Shown in pieces: positions 34,903 to 45,784 of a DNA stretch of 64,000 nt (its first letter is position 1; each line of letters starts with the position of its first letter). A model generated the notes under the pieces. It did no database searches. It was given only the letters and a program-made list of their open reading frames with translations, and was not told the DNA's origin. The DNA is taken from NCBI GenBank assembly GCA_951804945.1, contig OX638164.1:26784001-26848000 (forward strand), in the 5' to 3' direction. This DNA is from Podarcis cretensis (taxonomy: Eukaryota). The position numbers and the translations under genes are program-made.

Positions 34903-37763
34903 CGCACACGGAAACGCCGTTTACCTTCCCGCTGGTAAGCGGTCCCTATTTATCTACTTGCACCCGGAGGTGCTTTCGAACTGCTAGGTTGGCAGGCGCT
35001 GGGACCGAGCAGCGGGAGCGCACCCCGCCGCAGGGATTCGAACCGCCGACCTTTCGATCGGCAAGTCCTAGGCGCTGAGGCTTTAACCCACAGCGCCACC
35101 TGCGTCCCCATGTATTATATAGTGAGATGTTAAAGGAAAACAATTGGGCTTTGGAAGGGATATTTGTAGTTTAGCCTTCATTTGGGGGGATAATCCCCAC
35201 CTCCTTCCCCACTCACACTCCCTCTCTCTTTCTCTCCACTCAGCTATGCGGTTGTGTCTGACGATGCCTGTGGCTCTGGCAACTACACTGCGGAGATGAG
35301 CCTACAGGCTGTAGCCATGGGCAAGACTCCATCTCTCCCTAACAATTTCCTGGCCCAGATCGTTCTGCAGGACAACAGAAGCCGCCCGACTCTGAGCGTC
35401 AAGTCGTGCTGTGTTACGCCCACCTCCAGGCCTGTGGGTCCAGAGGCTGCCTGCTGTCTTTTCCCCAGGTCAGATGGGGAAGCAACTTGAGGCTGAAGGA
35501 TGCTTGGGGTGAGGCGGGAAATGGATGCTCCAGAACCTACCTTTGTCTGGGGCATCAGGGACTATAGAAAGGGATGCTGTCTGTTGTCTTGGTGGCGGTG
35601 GGGAGTGCATGGATTTGGCCTTAGATATTCAGGATGTAATTGACAGCCGTATAGGGATGCGGGTGGCACTGTGGTCTAAATCACTGAGCCTCTTGGGCTT
35701 GCCGGTCAGAAGGTCGGCGGTTCGAATCCCCGTGACAGGTGAGCTCTGTCCAGCTTCTGACAACTTAGCAGTTCAACACCAGCAGTGGTGGTGTTGGTGC
35801 AACAATCAGGCCAGTGCAAGTAGATAAATAGGTACCACTGTGGTGGGAAGGTAAACAATGTTTCCATGTGCTCTGGTTTCTGTCATGGTGTCCGTTGTGC
35901 CAGAAGCAGTTTAGTCATGTTGACCACGTGACCCGGAAAGCTGCCTGTGGACAAACACCGGATTTCTTGGCCTGAAAGTAAGATGAGCACCACAACCCCA
36001 TAGTCGCCTTTGACTGGACTTAACTGTCCAGGGGCCCGTTACCTTTACCTGGACAGCCATATCTGAGTTCAGGAAGGCATTGCTCCCATGTCAAATTGGT
36101 TAGAGGCCCGGCGGGGGGGGAGGAGTTTTTACCTTTCCCCATTTATGCTTGGCCTGGCCTGATGGTTGCACCAACACCACCACAAACGCATAGACAGAGC
36201 TTCTGGGAAAAGGGAACAAGATGGACTTTCATTTATTTATTTATTATGCTTATGAGACGCCGTATAAAATTAAATCCTGTGAGAGTTGTACAAGATTAAA
36301 TGAATGACTGAATGAATGAAACGTCATCATGATTACTGGTTGCACTTATTAGTTGCTTTTCTAAAACCAAAACCAAAAGGTCTCCCCTGTCTCCCTGTAC
36401 AGTGGTACCTCGGGCTAAGTACTTAATTCGTTCTGGAGGTCCGTTCTTAACCTGAAACTGTTCCTAACATGAAGCACCACTTTAGCTAATGGGGCCTCCC
36501 GCTGCTGCCATGCCGCCGGAGCACGATTTCTGTTCTTATCCTGAAGCAAATTTCTTAACCTGAAGCACTATTTCTGGGTCAGCGGAGTCTATAACCTGAA
36601 GCGTATGTAACCTGAAGCGTATGTAACCCGAGGTACCACTGTGCTGTTCTGAAGGTTCCCCAGGCACACATATCCCTAGCCAATTCAGGGGACACACAGG
36701 ACAGGCTGGGAACGCCCTATTACGCTAATGGAAGTCCTTGCATAGGTTTCCACTGGGAGGACTTGTTACTGTAGTTGAATCTGGTCTGGGAATATTATGG
36801 TGAACAGCAAGAGTGGGAAAATTGGGGGTGGGGTCAAAAGTTGCAGAACGGATCAACTCTGAAATCCAGAAGTAAGTCCTATTGAATTTAGTGGGTCTTA
36901 CTCCCAGGTAAGAGGGGTTGGGCTTGCAACATTAGGCTGTTATCTACATCCTTTGGTGCAACAGCCGTGAAATTCCCAGCCTCTTCCAACAGCTGATTTG
37001 TCTGCTGCAACCCTAACAGCTTATTCAGAACCTGTGCCAACTGTTAGCAGGAACCTCCCCCACACACAATCCATAGGTGGCAAATGGTCATTTTGGCTGT
37101 TCGCCTGTATCTTTGTGCCAGATGCAAATCCATTTGCCCTTGGCCTCGACTACATGAGGACAAATTCATTAATTCATGGTGACTTTCCTTCACTGTCCTT
37201 ATCCGTACGTGAAGGCTTAGGGGTGGCTTGCCAGCAGGAAGGATCACTTCTGCCATGTTGTCAGCCGAAAGAGGATCAAGGGAATCATAGAGAACCCACA
37301 CAACATCTGGCTGAGTCTGCTTAGCAAAATCACCTTGACTTTTAATTTTTTTAAAAAAGGAGGGATTTCTCCAGCCCTGGGCAAACACTCTTTTCCATAA
37401 TGCAATAAGACCCCCATTGGCAGTGACCCCAATGACTGCTGAAAGAGCATGGCTGTTCAGATCCAGCCACATCAGCAAATCGTAGGAATATCATAAGAAC
37501 CAACCATCTATGTAATCTGGAGAGCTGTCAAAGGTATGCTACCTCTGAATATGGGGTTTTCATTCCTCAGCTAATAACAGATATTGAGAGATTTGTCATC
37601 CGAAAATATATCTCATTCTCCCACCACCACCTTTAAAATCAGGAGCATCTGGGCCCATCACAGCATGTCCAGAGTTTGAATTCCATGTTCAGTTAAGGAT
37701 TCTCAACAGTCTGTGAATTTCCAGTTTGCTGATTTGGTGCATATTGAGCCGCTATGCAGGTGA

Positions 37764-37817
<54 letters not shown>

Positions 37818-40800
37818 GATCACTGAGGGAATGCACACATATTCAAGTGCTCCAGAACAGCAAATCCCAAACAGTCAACTTCACCATCCAGCTTTTTCAG
37901 ATGGTGAGCCACGCTGTGGCTTATCTGCACTGTGAACTCAGTGTCTGCCTGAGTGACGATGCTGGATGTGAACAGGTGAGTTCCGTTAGAAGACAGAGGA
38001 CCAAAGGGTGCCGCTAGAGTCTTTCAAGAGGTGTAAGGGTAGAAAATAGAAGCACTGTGTAATTTACTCCTCTTTTAGTTTGTTGGCAAGGGTGCAAGCT
38101 AAGGCATCTATCTGAGCTGAGCTGAGCTGCCTTAGTAGCAGCTCAGGTTTAGCAAATATTCTCTAAGCAGCTGATGTCTACGCAGTTGTTATGCTACCTA
38201 GCAGCTGAGTTTTAGCAATGATCGTTTTAAACAATTATGAGGGGGAAAGGTGCTGAAATTCTGTAAGCAGGTGTATGAGTGTGTGTGAAGAAACTAGCCT
38301 ACTGTACAAAGGTAACATTTGCATTTTCTGCTTCACTCATCTTCCGGCCCTCACCTCCCCCTCCTCCACTGACATGTGACCCTTGGGAGGTTGCCCAGAA
38401 AAGAATAGGGTACCTCTGAGCATATCCAGAATTCCTCTCCTTCCAAAAGTGTCTGCAGGATTTGGGGAACAAAGGGAAGACACTTTTAGACATGACATCC
38501 AAACCAAATTATCAGGTGGTAATTACCACCCTGACTTATTTCCTTGCTTTATTTAATGTGTTATCTTTCTCCCCTTCCTCTCTTCTCCAATTGCTGTTCT
38601 GTAACCAAGTCCTGCCACAGACCGCCATTCTAGAAACCAAAGAAGCTGTGGATAAAAATAAATCCTTTTGCTGAACCTTGCATCTCTGCAGAGGAGAATT
38701 TAGGGGAGCATGACCAGCTTGGTCACCCAGAGTGTGGACTTTCAGGGGTGCCACAGGGCATAGGAGCCAATTCTTAGGAGTTGTGGGGGCTTCAGCCCCC
38801 CACAATAAAATATTTGAGGGGGCCGGGCCCCCATAAAAATGATGGGCATCCCCTTTCAAATAGTGTGTCTGTGCACTATGTCATGTGATCAACTATGTGC
38901 GGCAGGGCTTACCTGGGCCCCCACAATATTTTATTCAGGGCTGCAGGGGAAGCTGCAACTATTATTTAGAATGTAGCTTGAGAGGCGGGGGGTGCTGAAT
39001 TATTGGATTGCACAGGGCACTGCTGAAATATAAGGCCCCAAGTTCCCCTACTGCGCTCTGAGCCTTAATGGTGGTTCTTTCCCCTTTCCAATTTGTGTGG
39101 GTGTTTTAATGTTGTACTTTCAATGGATAAATAATGTGATAATAATAAACTGAGCTGCAGCCTCCACGTTGAATAATCCTTCCATTTCCTTCCCAGAGCT
39201 GCTTAAGTACCCTCTCCAAGTCAAGCAGCAGGGATAGTTACCAAACCCGCCACAACATAATCTCCTTCGGACCGGTTCCAAAGACCCAGGTAGAGTTTAC
39301 ACCTGGACCAGTTACAGGTGTGTGTGTGTGTGTGGTCTGTGTTCTTCATTCTTCCCCTTGCCTCAAGGTTTCCAGGTAGCAACTAGAGAATTGCACAAGT
39401 CTAGCAGCTAGAGCCTTCTGCTGCCAAGGTGTTTTGGACCACAACTTCCATCACAGCCCTAGTCAGCACATCCCTCTGCTGCTGGGACATATCATAGAAT
39501 TACAGAGTTTGAAGGGACATGAGGATCATTTATTCCAGGCCCCTGCAATGCAGGAATCTTTAGCCCAACGTGGGGCTTGAACCCACAACCCTGAGATTGT
39601 GAGTCTTATGCTGTACTGGCTGAGCTATCCAACTGGTGGTCTGATGGGAGTTGCAGTCCAACATACCTGGTGAGCATCAAGTTGAGGAAGGCTGAATATG
39701 CTCCTGCCAACCTAGCAGTTCGAAAGCACGTCAAAGTGCAAGTAGATAAATAGGTACCGCTCCGGCGGGAAGGTAAACGGTGTTTCCGTGCGCTGCTCTG
39801 GTTTGCCAGAAGCGGCTTAGTCATGCTGGCCACATGACCCAGAAGCTGTACACTGGCTCCCTCGGCCAATAAAGCGAGATGAGCGCCACAACCCCAGAGT
39901 CGGCCACGACTGGATCTAATAGTCAGGGGTCCCTTTACCTTTACCTGGTATACACCTGGTGAGCACCAAGTTGAGGGAGGCTGAATTTGCTCCTTGGATC
40001 TGGGTAACGGATTTAAGTCTAACTTCTGCCATGAGTTTGGTGGATAACTTTGGGCAAATAATTCTCCCACAGTTGCCTACCTGTGAAACTCTTGCAGGGT
40101 TGCTGGGATGTACAGAGAGATGTGCAATGCATTCTTGAAGCAGGAGAGAGAAAAGACATTCCCTATAAATGATAAATATGAGCAATATACTAGCTGCTGG
40201 CTTTTCCTAGGGTTGCAACAAGGTCATCAGAAAAGGAGTGCTTGAAGGGACATCATCACAGGTTGAGAAGCGGGGATTAAAATTAGGTTTGCTTATCCAG
40301 CTAATCCCCTCACCTTTGCACCCCTGCTGTGGGCGAGAGCAAAGGACTCAACAGCCTTAGGCTGGGTTCGTTTGTTCCAGCTGCATATTTCTTATGGCTT
40401 GATCCCATGCATATTTCAGCAAAAGTGAGCCCTGCAGGATTTGAGTTCTACTATCTTAGGGATGAAGGGATGTGGGTGGCACTGTGGGTTAAACCACAGA
40501 GTCTAGGACTTGCCTATCAGAAGGTCAGCGGTTTGAATCCCCGCGACAGAGTGAGCTCCCGTTGCTCGGTCCTTGCTCCTGCCAACCTAGCAGTTCAAAA
40601 GCACGTCAAAGTGCAAGTAGATAAATAGGTACCACTCCGGCAGGAAGGCAAATGGCGTTTCCGTGTGCTGCTCTGGTTCGCCAGAAGAGGCTTTGTCATG
40701 CTGGCCACATGACCCGGAAGCTGTACGCCGGCTCCCTCGGCCAATAAAGCAAGATGAGCGCTGCAACCCCAGAGTCAGTAACGACTGGACCTAATGGTCA

Positions 40801-42454
40801 GGGTCCCTTTACCTTTACCTTTATCTTAGGGATGATGGGTCTGATTTCTAAGCATGACCTTCTCTTCTGCCAGCATTCAAGGATTGACATGCACACAAAT
40901 GAGTGAAGGGTGGGGGGGGGGAGGACATGCATTCACAAACACATGCACACAAACATGCACACAAACATGCACACAAACCCCACACACTCAGTGGTGGCTG
41001 GTGCCCATTAGGAGTGGTGGGGTACAGAGCTATGTTCTTGATCCCCCTTGATCCTTTTCTGCTGCAGAATATTTTTTACATGCCACCACAATTTCTGAGT
41101 GGCAAGCTCAGGGTTTGGTTTCCTTGGAATGAAGGTCAGCAGAGAATATGGTGTCTCTGGGATACAGTCGTACCTCGGAAGTTGAACGGAATCCATTCCA
41201 GAAGTCTGTTCGACTTCCAAAATGTTCAGAAATCAAGGCGCGGCTTCCGATTGGCTGCAGGAAGCTCCTGCAGCCAACTGGAAGCTGTGGAAGCCACGTT
41301 GGACGTTCAGCTTCCAAAAGAACATTCGCAAACCGGAACACTCACTTCTGGTTTTGCGGTGTTTGGGAGCACAAACATTCGAGTCGCAAGGCGTTCGTCA
41401 ACCAAGGTACAACTGTACAGTGGTACCTCGGGTTAAGAACTTAATTCGTTCTGGAGGTCCGTTCTTAACCTGAAACTGTTCTTAACCTGAAGCACCACTT
41501 TAGCTAATGGCGCCTCCCGCTGCCGCCACACTATCGGTGTGCGATTTCTGTTCTCACCCTGAAACAAAGTTCTTAACCCGAGGTACTATTTCTGGGTTAG
41601 CAGAGTCTTTAACCTGAAGTGTCTGTAACCTGAAGCATCTGTAACCTGAGGTACCACTGTATATGGTTTTATTTACACATGCATGCCACCTGAGCATAGG
41701 ATGGAGGTGCTCACAGCAACAACACCCCAACAGATCTTGCTTGTCCCCAGGTTCCCAGGGGAGCCCCTGCACAGAGCAAAACATGCCTCAGTGTCTCCAT
41801 CTTACACTCACCAACTCTATTGTTTTCCTATGTTGCAGCTCAGTGAGGGCGGTGGGGGAAAGCCAGCCCATTAGGCTGTAGAGCACCATGGCTGTTGTTG
41901 CAGCTCTTGCAACATCTTTGAGATGCTGGAGAAGGCAAAATGGCCATTACCTTAACACAGGGACTGATTGGGCAGGTTCTGCAGCCTCTTCAACTAGATT
42001 CTAACTCTTACTGGATTGCAGGCCTGGAAGGGATTCAAGGATATCATCCAGGCTGACCCCACAAAACCCATAACAGCATCTGTCTCCTCGTGCTGGCCAA
42101 GTGTTCAGGATTTCAGCTTCTCCATCACATGGGGTCCTGGATTGCCACTGCCAGTCCTGCATCTTGGGTTGGCACTTTGTTCTCACCTGCGGGGAATTTT
42201 AAGTTTACATGTCTGCAATACGGGGGACACCTAGGAAAGAATTACTACCACGTTGCAACATTGGCCAATCCCACCCAACTCTCGTTCCATTTATCTTTCC
42301 AGGCTCTGACATGACCATGATGCTCCCTGCTCTTCTAGGCTTATCGACCGGCATTGTTGTCTTAACGTCTGTCGTCGTACTTCTCTGGTTGTATCGGAAG
42401 CGCCAAATCAAAATGGCAGCAGCCTTGGAGCCCCAAAGAATGGAAGCTCCTTGA
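20440..42454 (+). CDS. Uncharacterised type I membrane mucin with C-terminal ZP-C domain (uromodulin-like ZP-C), about 2083 aa, 6 coding exons
   Basis: Exons 20440-20497 ([20 protein letters not shown], donor GTGAGT), 27538-33076, 35244-35468, 37819-37975, 39197-39317 and 42303-42454(TGA). Phases 1,2,2,0,1 are all compatible, and the total of 6252 nt is divisible by 3. ZP-C motifs [50 protein letters not shown] and ISFGPV; [26 protein letters not shown] followed by RKR. Confidence 0.82.
22089..26265 (+). mobile_element. Near-full-length CR1 LINE (disrupted ORF1 and ORF2)
   Basis: ORF1 from 22309 (CxxC..CxxC, coiled coil, [15 protein letters not shown] esterase motif); ORF2 23262-26173 (APE endonuclease [25 protein letters not shown] and FADD); (ATTCTATG)n tail; TSD AAAGTA (22083-22088, 26266-26271). 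Confidence 0.96.
27538..33076 (+). CDS. Giant S/T/P-rich mucin-like exon (exon 2 of the ZP-C gene)
   Basis: Uninterrupted ORF of more than 1800 codons; acceptor TTTAAAG at 27537 (alternative in-frame AG at 27546); donor GG|GTAACT at 33077. Confidence 0.9.
33528..33898 (+). mobile_element. Sauria SINE (older)
   Basis: GCAAGTAGATAAATAGG core and degenerate TTACCTT tail. Confidence 0.85.
34711..35109 (-). mobile_element. Sauria SINE (young subfamily) with (GCCAGA)8
   Basis: Near-identical to 12472-12843; 12-bp TSD ATGTATTATATA (34699-34710, 35110-35121). Confidence 0.93.
35244..39317 (+). CDS. ZP-C domain exons 3-5 (35244-35468, 37819-37975, 39197-39317)
   Basis: Cys pattern and motifs align by eye to the uromodulin/GP2-type ZP-C, including internal (NYTAEMSL) and external (IISFGPV) hydrophobic patches. 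Confidence 0.85.
35653..36050 (+). mobile_element. Sauria SINE
   Basis: Head GGGATGCGGGTGGCACTGTGG, GGTTCGAATCCC, TTACCTTTACCT tail. Confidence 0.88.
36400..36641. mobile_element. Tc1/mariner-type MITE (CAGTGGTACCTCGGG TIRs)
   Basis: TIRs CAGTGGTACCTCGGG..CCCGAGGTACCACTG with TA at the left flank. Other copies at about 6331-6470 (partial), 41418-41659, 45272-45513 and 47466-47698. Confidence 0.85.
39700..39945 (+). mobile_element. 5'-truncated Sauria SINE
   Basis: Core and CCTTTACCTTTACC tail. Confidence 0.85.
40467..40821 (+). mobile_element. Sauria SINE
   Basis: Full length, TSD TATCTTAGGGATGA on both sides. Confidence 0.9.
41165..41659. mobile_element. Two abutting Tc1/mariner-type MITEs sharing a TA
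   Basis: TA-CAGTCGTACCTCGG..CAAGGTACAACTG-TA-CAGTGGTACCTCGG..GAGGTACCACTG-TA. Confidence 0.85.
42303..42454 (+). CDS. Terminal exon of the ZP-C gene: transmembrane helix plus about 19-aa cytoplasmic tail
   Basis: TTTCCAG acceptor, phase 1, about 24 hydrophobic residues followed by an RKR stop-transfer signal, TGA at 42452-42454. Candidate AATAAA at 43801. Confidence 0.8.
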
Positions 42455-43964
42455 AGCCCTCAGTGCTAGCTGCTGCCAGTAGCTATGCCATGATTCGATG
42501 CTGCTGCCGCTGCCGCCAGTGTAAATTGGGAACACACTGCTGCTTGCTTTTTAAGTCTCTGCTTCTCTCTCTCCCTTCCTTCTTCATGAGAGAACCTAAG
42601 AACTGCAGAGGTGTCACTGGAGTGGGCGGCACATTCTGAAAGAGAGAAAAGGCTTAGCTTGAAAAGGTTTTGATGGGCTAATGGACCCCATGTGAGTTGT
42701 GTCTCCACCTTGGAGACTGGAAGTTCAGAAGCCAAGTTTGCGAAGAAAGAGGGGCCCTTCTTTAGAGCCTAGTTGCAGCGTTGATCCTAAATAATTTGGG
42801 AGTAGAAATTCCCAAGAGTTGACATGGGTCAGGAATCTTCCTCCTGAAAGGAGATTGTTGGGTTTCACAGTTATTATCTCCTGGGATTTAACTGCCGTAT
42901 CCCTGGTTTTTTCCATGCTCTACTGTGTTAGCAATATTTGCTGCAGCATTACAACTGCTGGCTTAACGTTCAGACGATACTGGTCAGGCACCTTGGCTTG
43001 CATTCATGTGGAAGGAATTTGTCCAAGTCAAGAAAGAGGTCACAGATCTGAAGGGAGGGGGAGGGAAATGAAAGGATAAGCAAACAGGTCCTTTGCGATC
43101 CATGGAAGTTAGAAGAGCTGAACCGAGACTTCTCCCTGGATAGTTCCCTGTTTATCAGCAGCGGTGCTAGGGGGGCAGCAGTAGTCCAGGGCTGGTGGGT
43201 CCCCCAACTGCAGCTGTGCTGACGTGCCTAATTTTAAAGGAAGTAAAGTATTGCATATTGACCAGGGGTGGGCATAAGACCACTCAAGTTCAGAGTTTAA
43301 AGTTTCTTAACTGCACCTCTGCTGTTGATTCTTTAGAAATCCTTTAGCTGCTGTAAAAATGACTAGTGGGTTCCTTGCATCTCTCCCACTACCCTGCCTT
43401 CCCAGTCATTTGCTTTCTGAATGTGATTAATCATAGTGCCTTGATATCTTGTGCATCAGTTTTTAGGGTTCCTTTGTCCTTCACCTCATCCACCTAGCCA
43501 GGCTGCTTAATCTGTTGACATAGAGAAAACTATGATTGCCAACTGATTTGGAGATTAGTGCTCCTTTGGCACTGACATCACAATGCCTGTTGATTCATTT
43601 TTCAGTTTGGTATTCTGAGCTCTAACATCATTTTGGGCTTTTTCTCTGCCTCAAAGGAAAAGGAGTATGATATTGTGAAGTGGGATTTGGGGCCAAGTTT
43701 GGGCAGATGGTTACTTCAAGCTGAAGTTCTAGTCACTAAACTTGACTGACTTGATTCATAGAACCTGCTTTCTGTACTAGACCCTGGAAGCACATGAAAT
43801 AATAAAGTATTCCTCTGAGCTTGTGCACAGTTCTCTTCCTTGCCGACAAAAAACTTTTTTAAACTTACCTACAGCTGGGGGTGGGGAGGAATTTTCAGGA
43901 CAACAAAATCCAGATGTTGGAATTTGGCAGCTCTCAGTTCTGCAATTAAGCTTTGTGTCTGATA

Positions 43965-43968
<4 letters not shown>

Positions 43969-44014
<46 letters not shown>

Positions 44015-44024
44015 GGAGAGAGAG
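43969..44024. repeat. (GA)n microsatellite
   Basis: Seen directly. Confidence 0.95.
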
Positions 44025-44396
44025 AAAGTGTGCAATTAAGTGAAATTAATTCCCTTTCTCACTGCTGGTCAGATTATGAAGCAACTTGAGCCACTGACCA
44101 GCAGGACTCATAAAAGTTTAATTACTTGTTGGGATGTTTCTGCAGGGTTGAGCTGTTTGGGATGGGTTGGGGATTTTCCCTTCTTATGTAACTTCATAAA
44201 CCACACCATACCATTCCTAAGTGAAGGAGTTAAGCAGGAGACATTTGAGAATCAGGTGTGCCATGTGATCACCCTGAGACTTCCCAGACGCTGCACACTA
44301 GTGGTGACATAGCGCTTGTGGAGTTTCTGCCTAACTTCCTTACCAATGCTCCCTCAGGCAAGGTTTCCTCCTGAGAAAATGTGCACCGGATGATCA

Positions 44397-44545
44397 CAGT
44401 GGCGTAGCGTGGGGGGTGCAGGGGGGGCCGGCCGCAACATCTGGGGGTTAGGGAAATCCACGGGTTAGGGGGCGCAAATCCATGGGTTAGGGGGCACAAA
44501 TTACTTGCCTTGCCCCGGGTGCTGATAACCCATGCTACGCCACTG
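44397..44545. mobile_element. hAT-type MITE
   Basis: TIRs CAGTGGCGTAGC/GCTACGCCACTG, 8-bp TSD GATGATCA. Confidence 0.85.
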
Positions 44546-45271
44546 GATGATCATACCCTTTTGTATATATGGAAAACGTTACCACCCAGCTCTTCTACAA
44601 AGCAGGCAAACACAAGGCATCAAAATCAGTAACATCGCTATTGAAGCACGCCTAACAACACATGCAGTGTATTCATTCGTTTATTTAAAAACTTACAGTG
44701 TCAACAGAACGAAACAGTTAGAGACCGACTGAAATAGGATAAATGCAGAAAGAGCAGCCCCCTGCCCCACACTTGACATTTTATATTTATATTTATCCAT
44801 CTCCATCAGGTTACACTCAGATATATTCCTCATTAGGAGAGACAACCTCTTAAACTCCTCATGCCCTGAAACTAGAATAAACTTGTTTCAGGATTTGATT
44901 TCACTTCTTCAACCCTATTTGACCCCCAAAAAGGCAACGCGGCAGCCATTATACTACAACAAATCTAAACCTTGGTTCGATCAGGAATGCCTCACTATGA
45001 AGCGCTCTTTGTTGGGAAATACATCTCCATCAAAGCACAGTACAGGAATAAATAAACGGGGCAGATATCTTCCCCAAGAAACATACAATTTAATGTTTGA
45101 CTGTGAGGAGTAGAACAGACAGGGTGAGAGAAGGATGGCTAAGAGCTTCTTTCAATGGCCTTCAGCACTTGTGGGTCTTCAGATGGGCCAAAATAGCTCA
45201 CTTGAAGGCAGAAAAATCTCCCCACCCAGACAGGATTATCACACTGGAGAGGCCTCTGTGTGTGTACTGTA

Positions 45272-45513
45272 CAGTGGTACCTCGGGTTAAGTACTAAATT
45301 CATTCCGGAGGTCTGTACTTAACCTGAAACTGTTCTTAACCTGAAGCACCATTTTAGCTAATGGGGCCTCCTGCTGCTGCCGCACCGCTGGAGCATGATT
45401 TCTGTTCTCATCCTGAAACAAAGTTCTTAACCTGAAGCACCATTTCTGGATTAGCGGAGTCTGTAACCTGAAGCGTTTGTAACCTGAAGCGTATGTAACC
45501 CGAGGTACCACTG
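45272..45513. mobile_element. Tc1/mariner-type MITE just upstream of ANKK1
   Basis: TA-flanked TIRs as at 36400. Confidence 0.88.
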
Positions 45514-45784
45514 TATCTCTCCCCTCCTTGCTGTCTTACTTGTATAAGAGCTGGTCTGTTTCGGAGGGCACTGCTGCCTGCTGCAAACTGTGGAACTTGT
45601 GACTTCATTAAGAGTCACGCCAAACAAATGCAATCAACACACACAACTCTCTCTGCCCGCCCTTGGCAAGGCAGAACCAGGAAGTCAGTCCTCCCTGGGC
45701 TTTCCTTGTCTCATCAGATGCAGAGAAACAAGAGGCGGAGGCAGCTCTCCAGAGGAAGGCTCCTCCTGGCTTGTTCTTCTGGAA

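Noticed and set aside
45590-45784. N-terminal extension of ANKK1 suggested by the ORF track
   Set aside because: It starts at a non-ATG codon; ATG 45785 gives a typical ANKK1 N-terminus and length.
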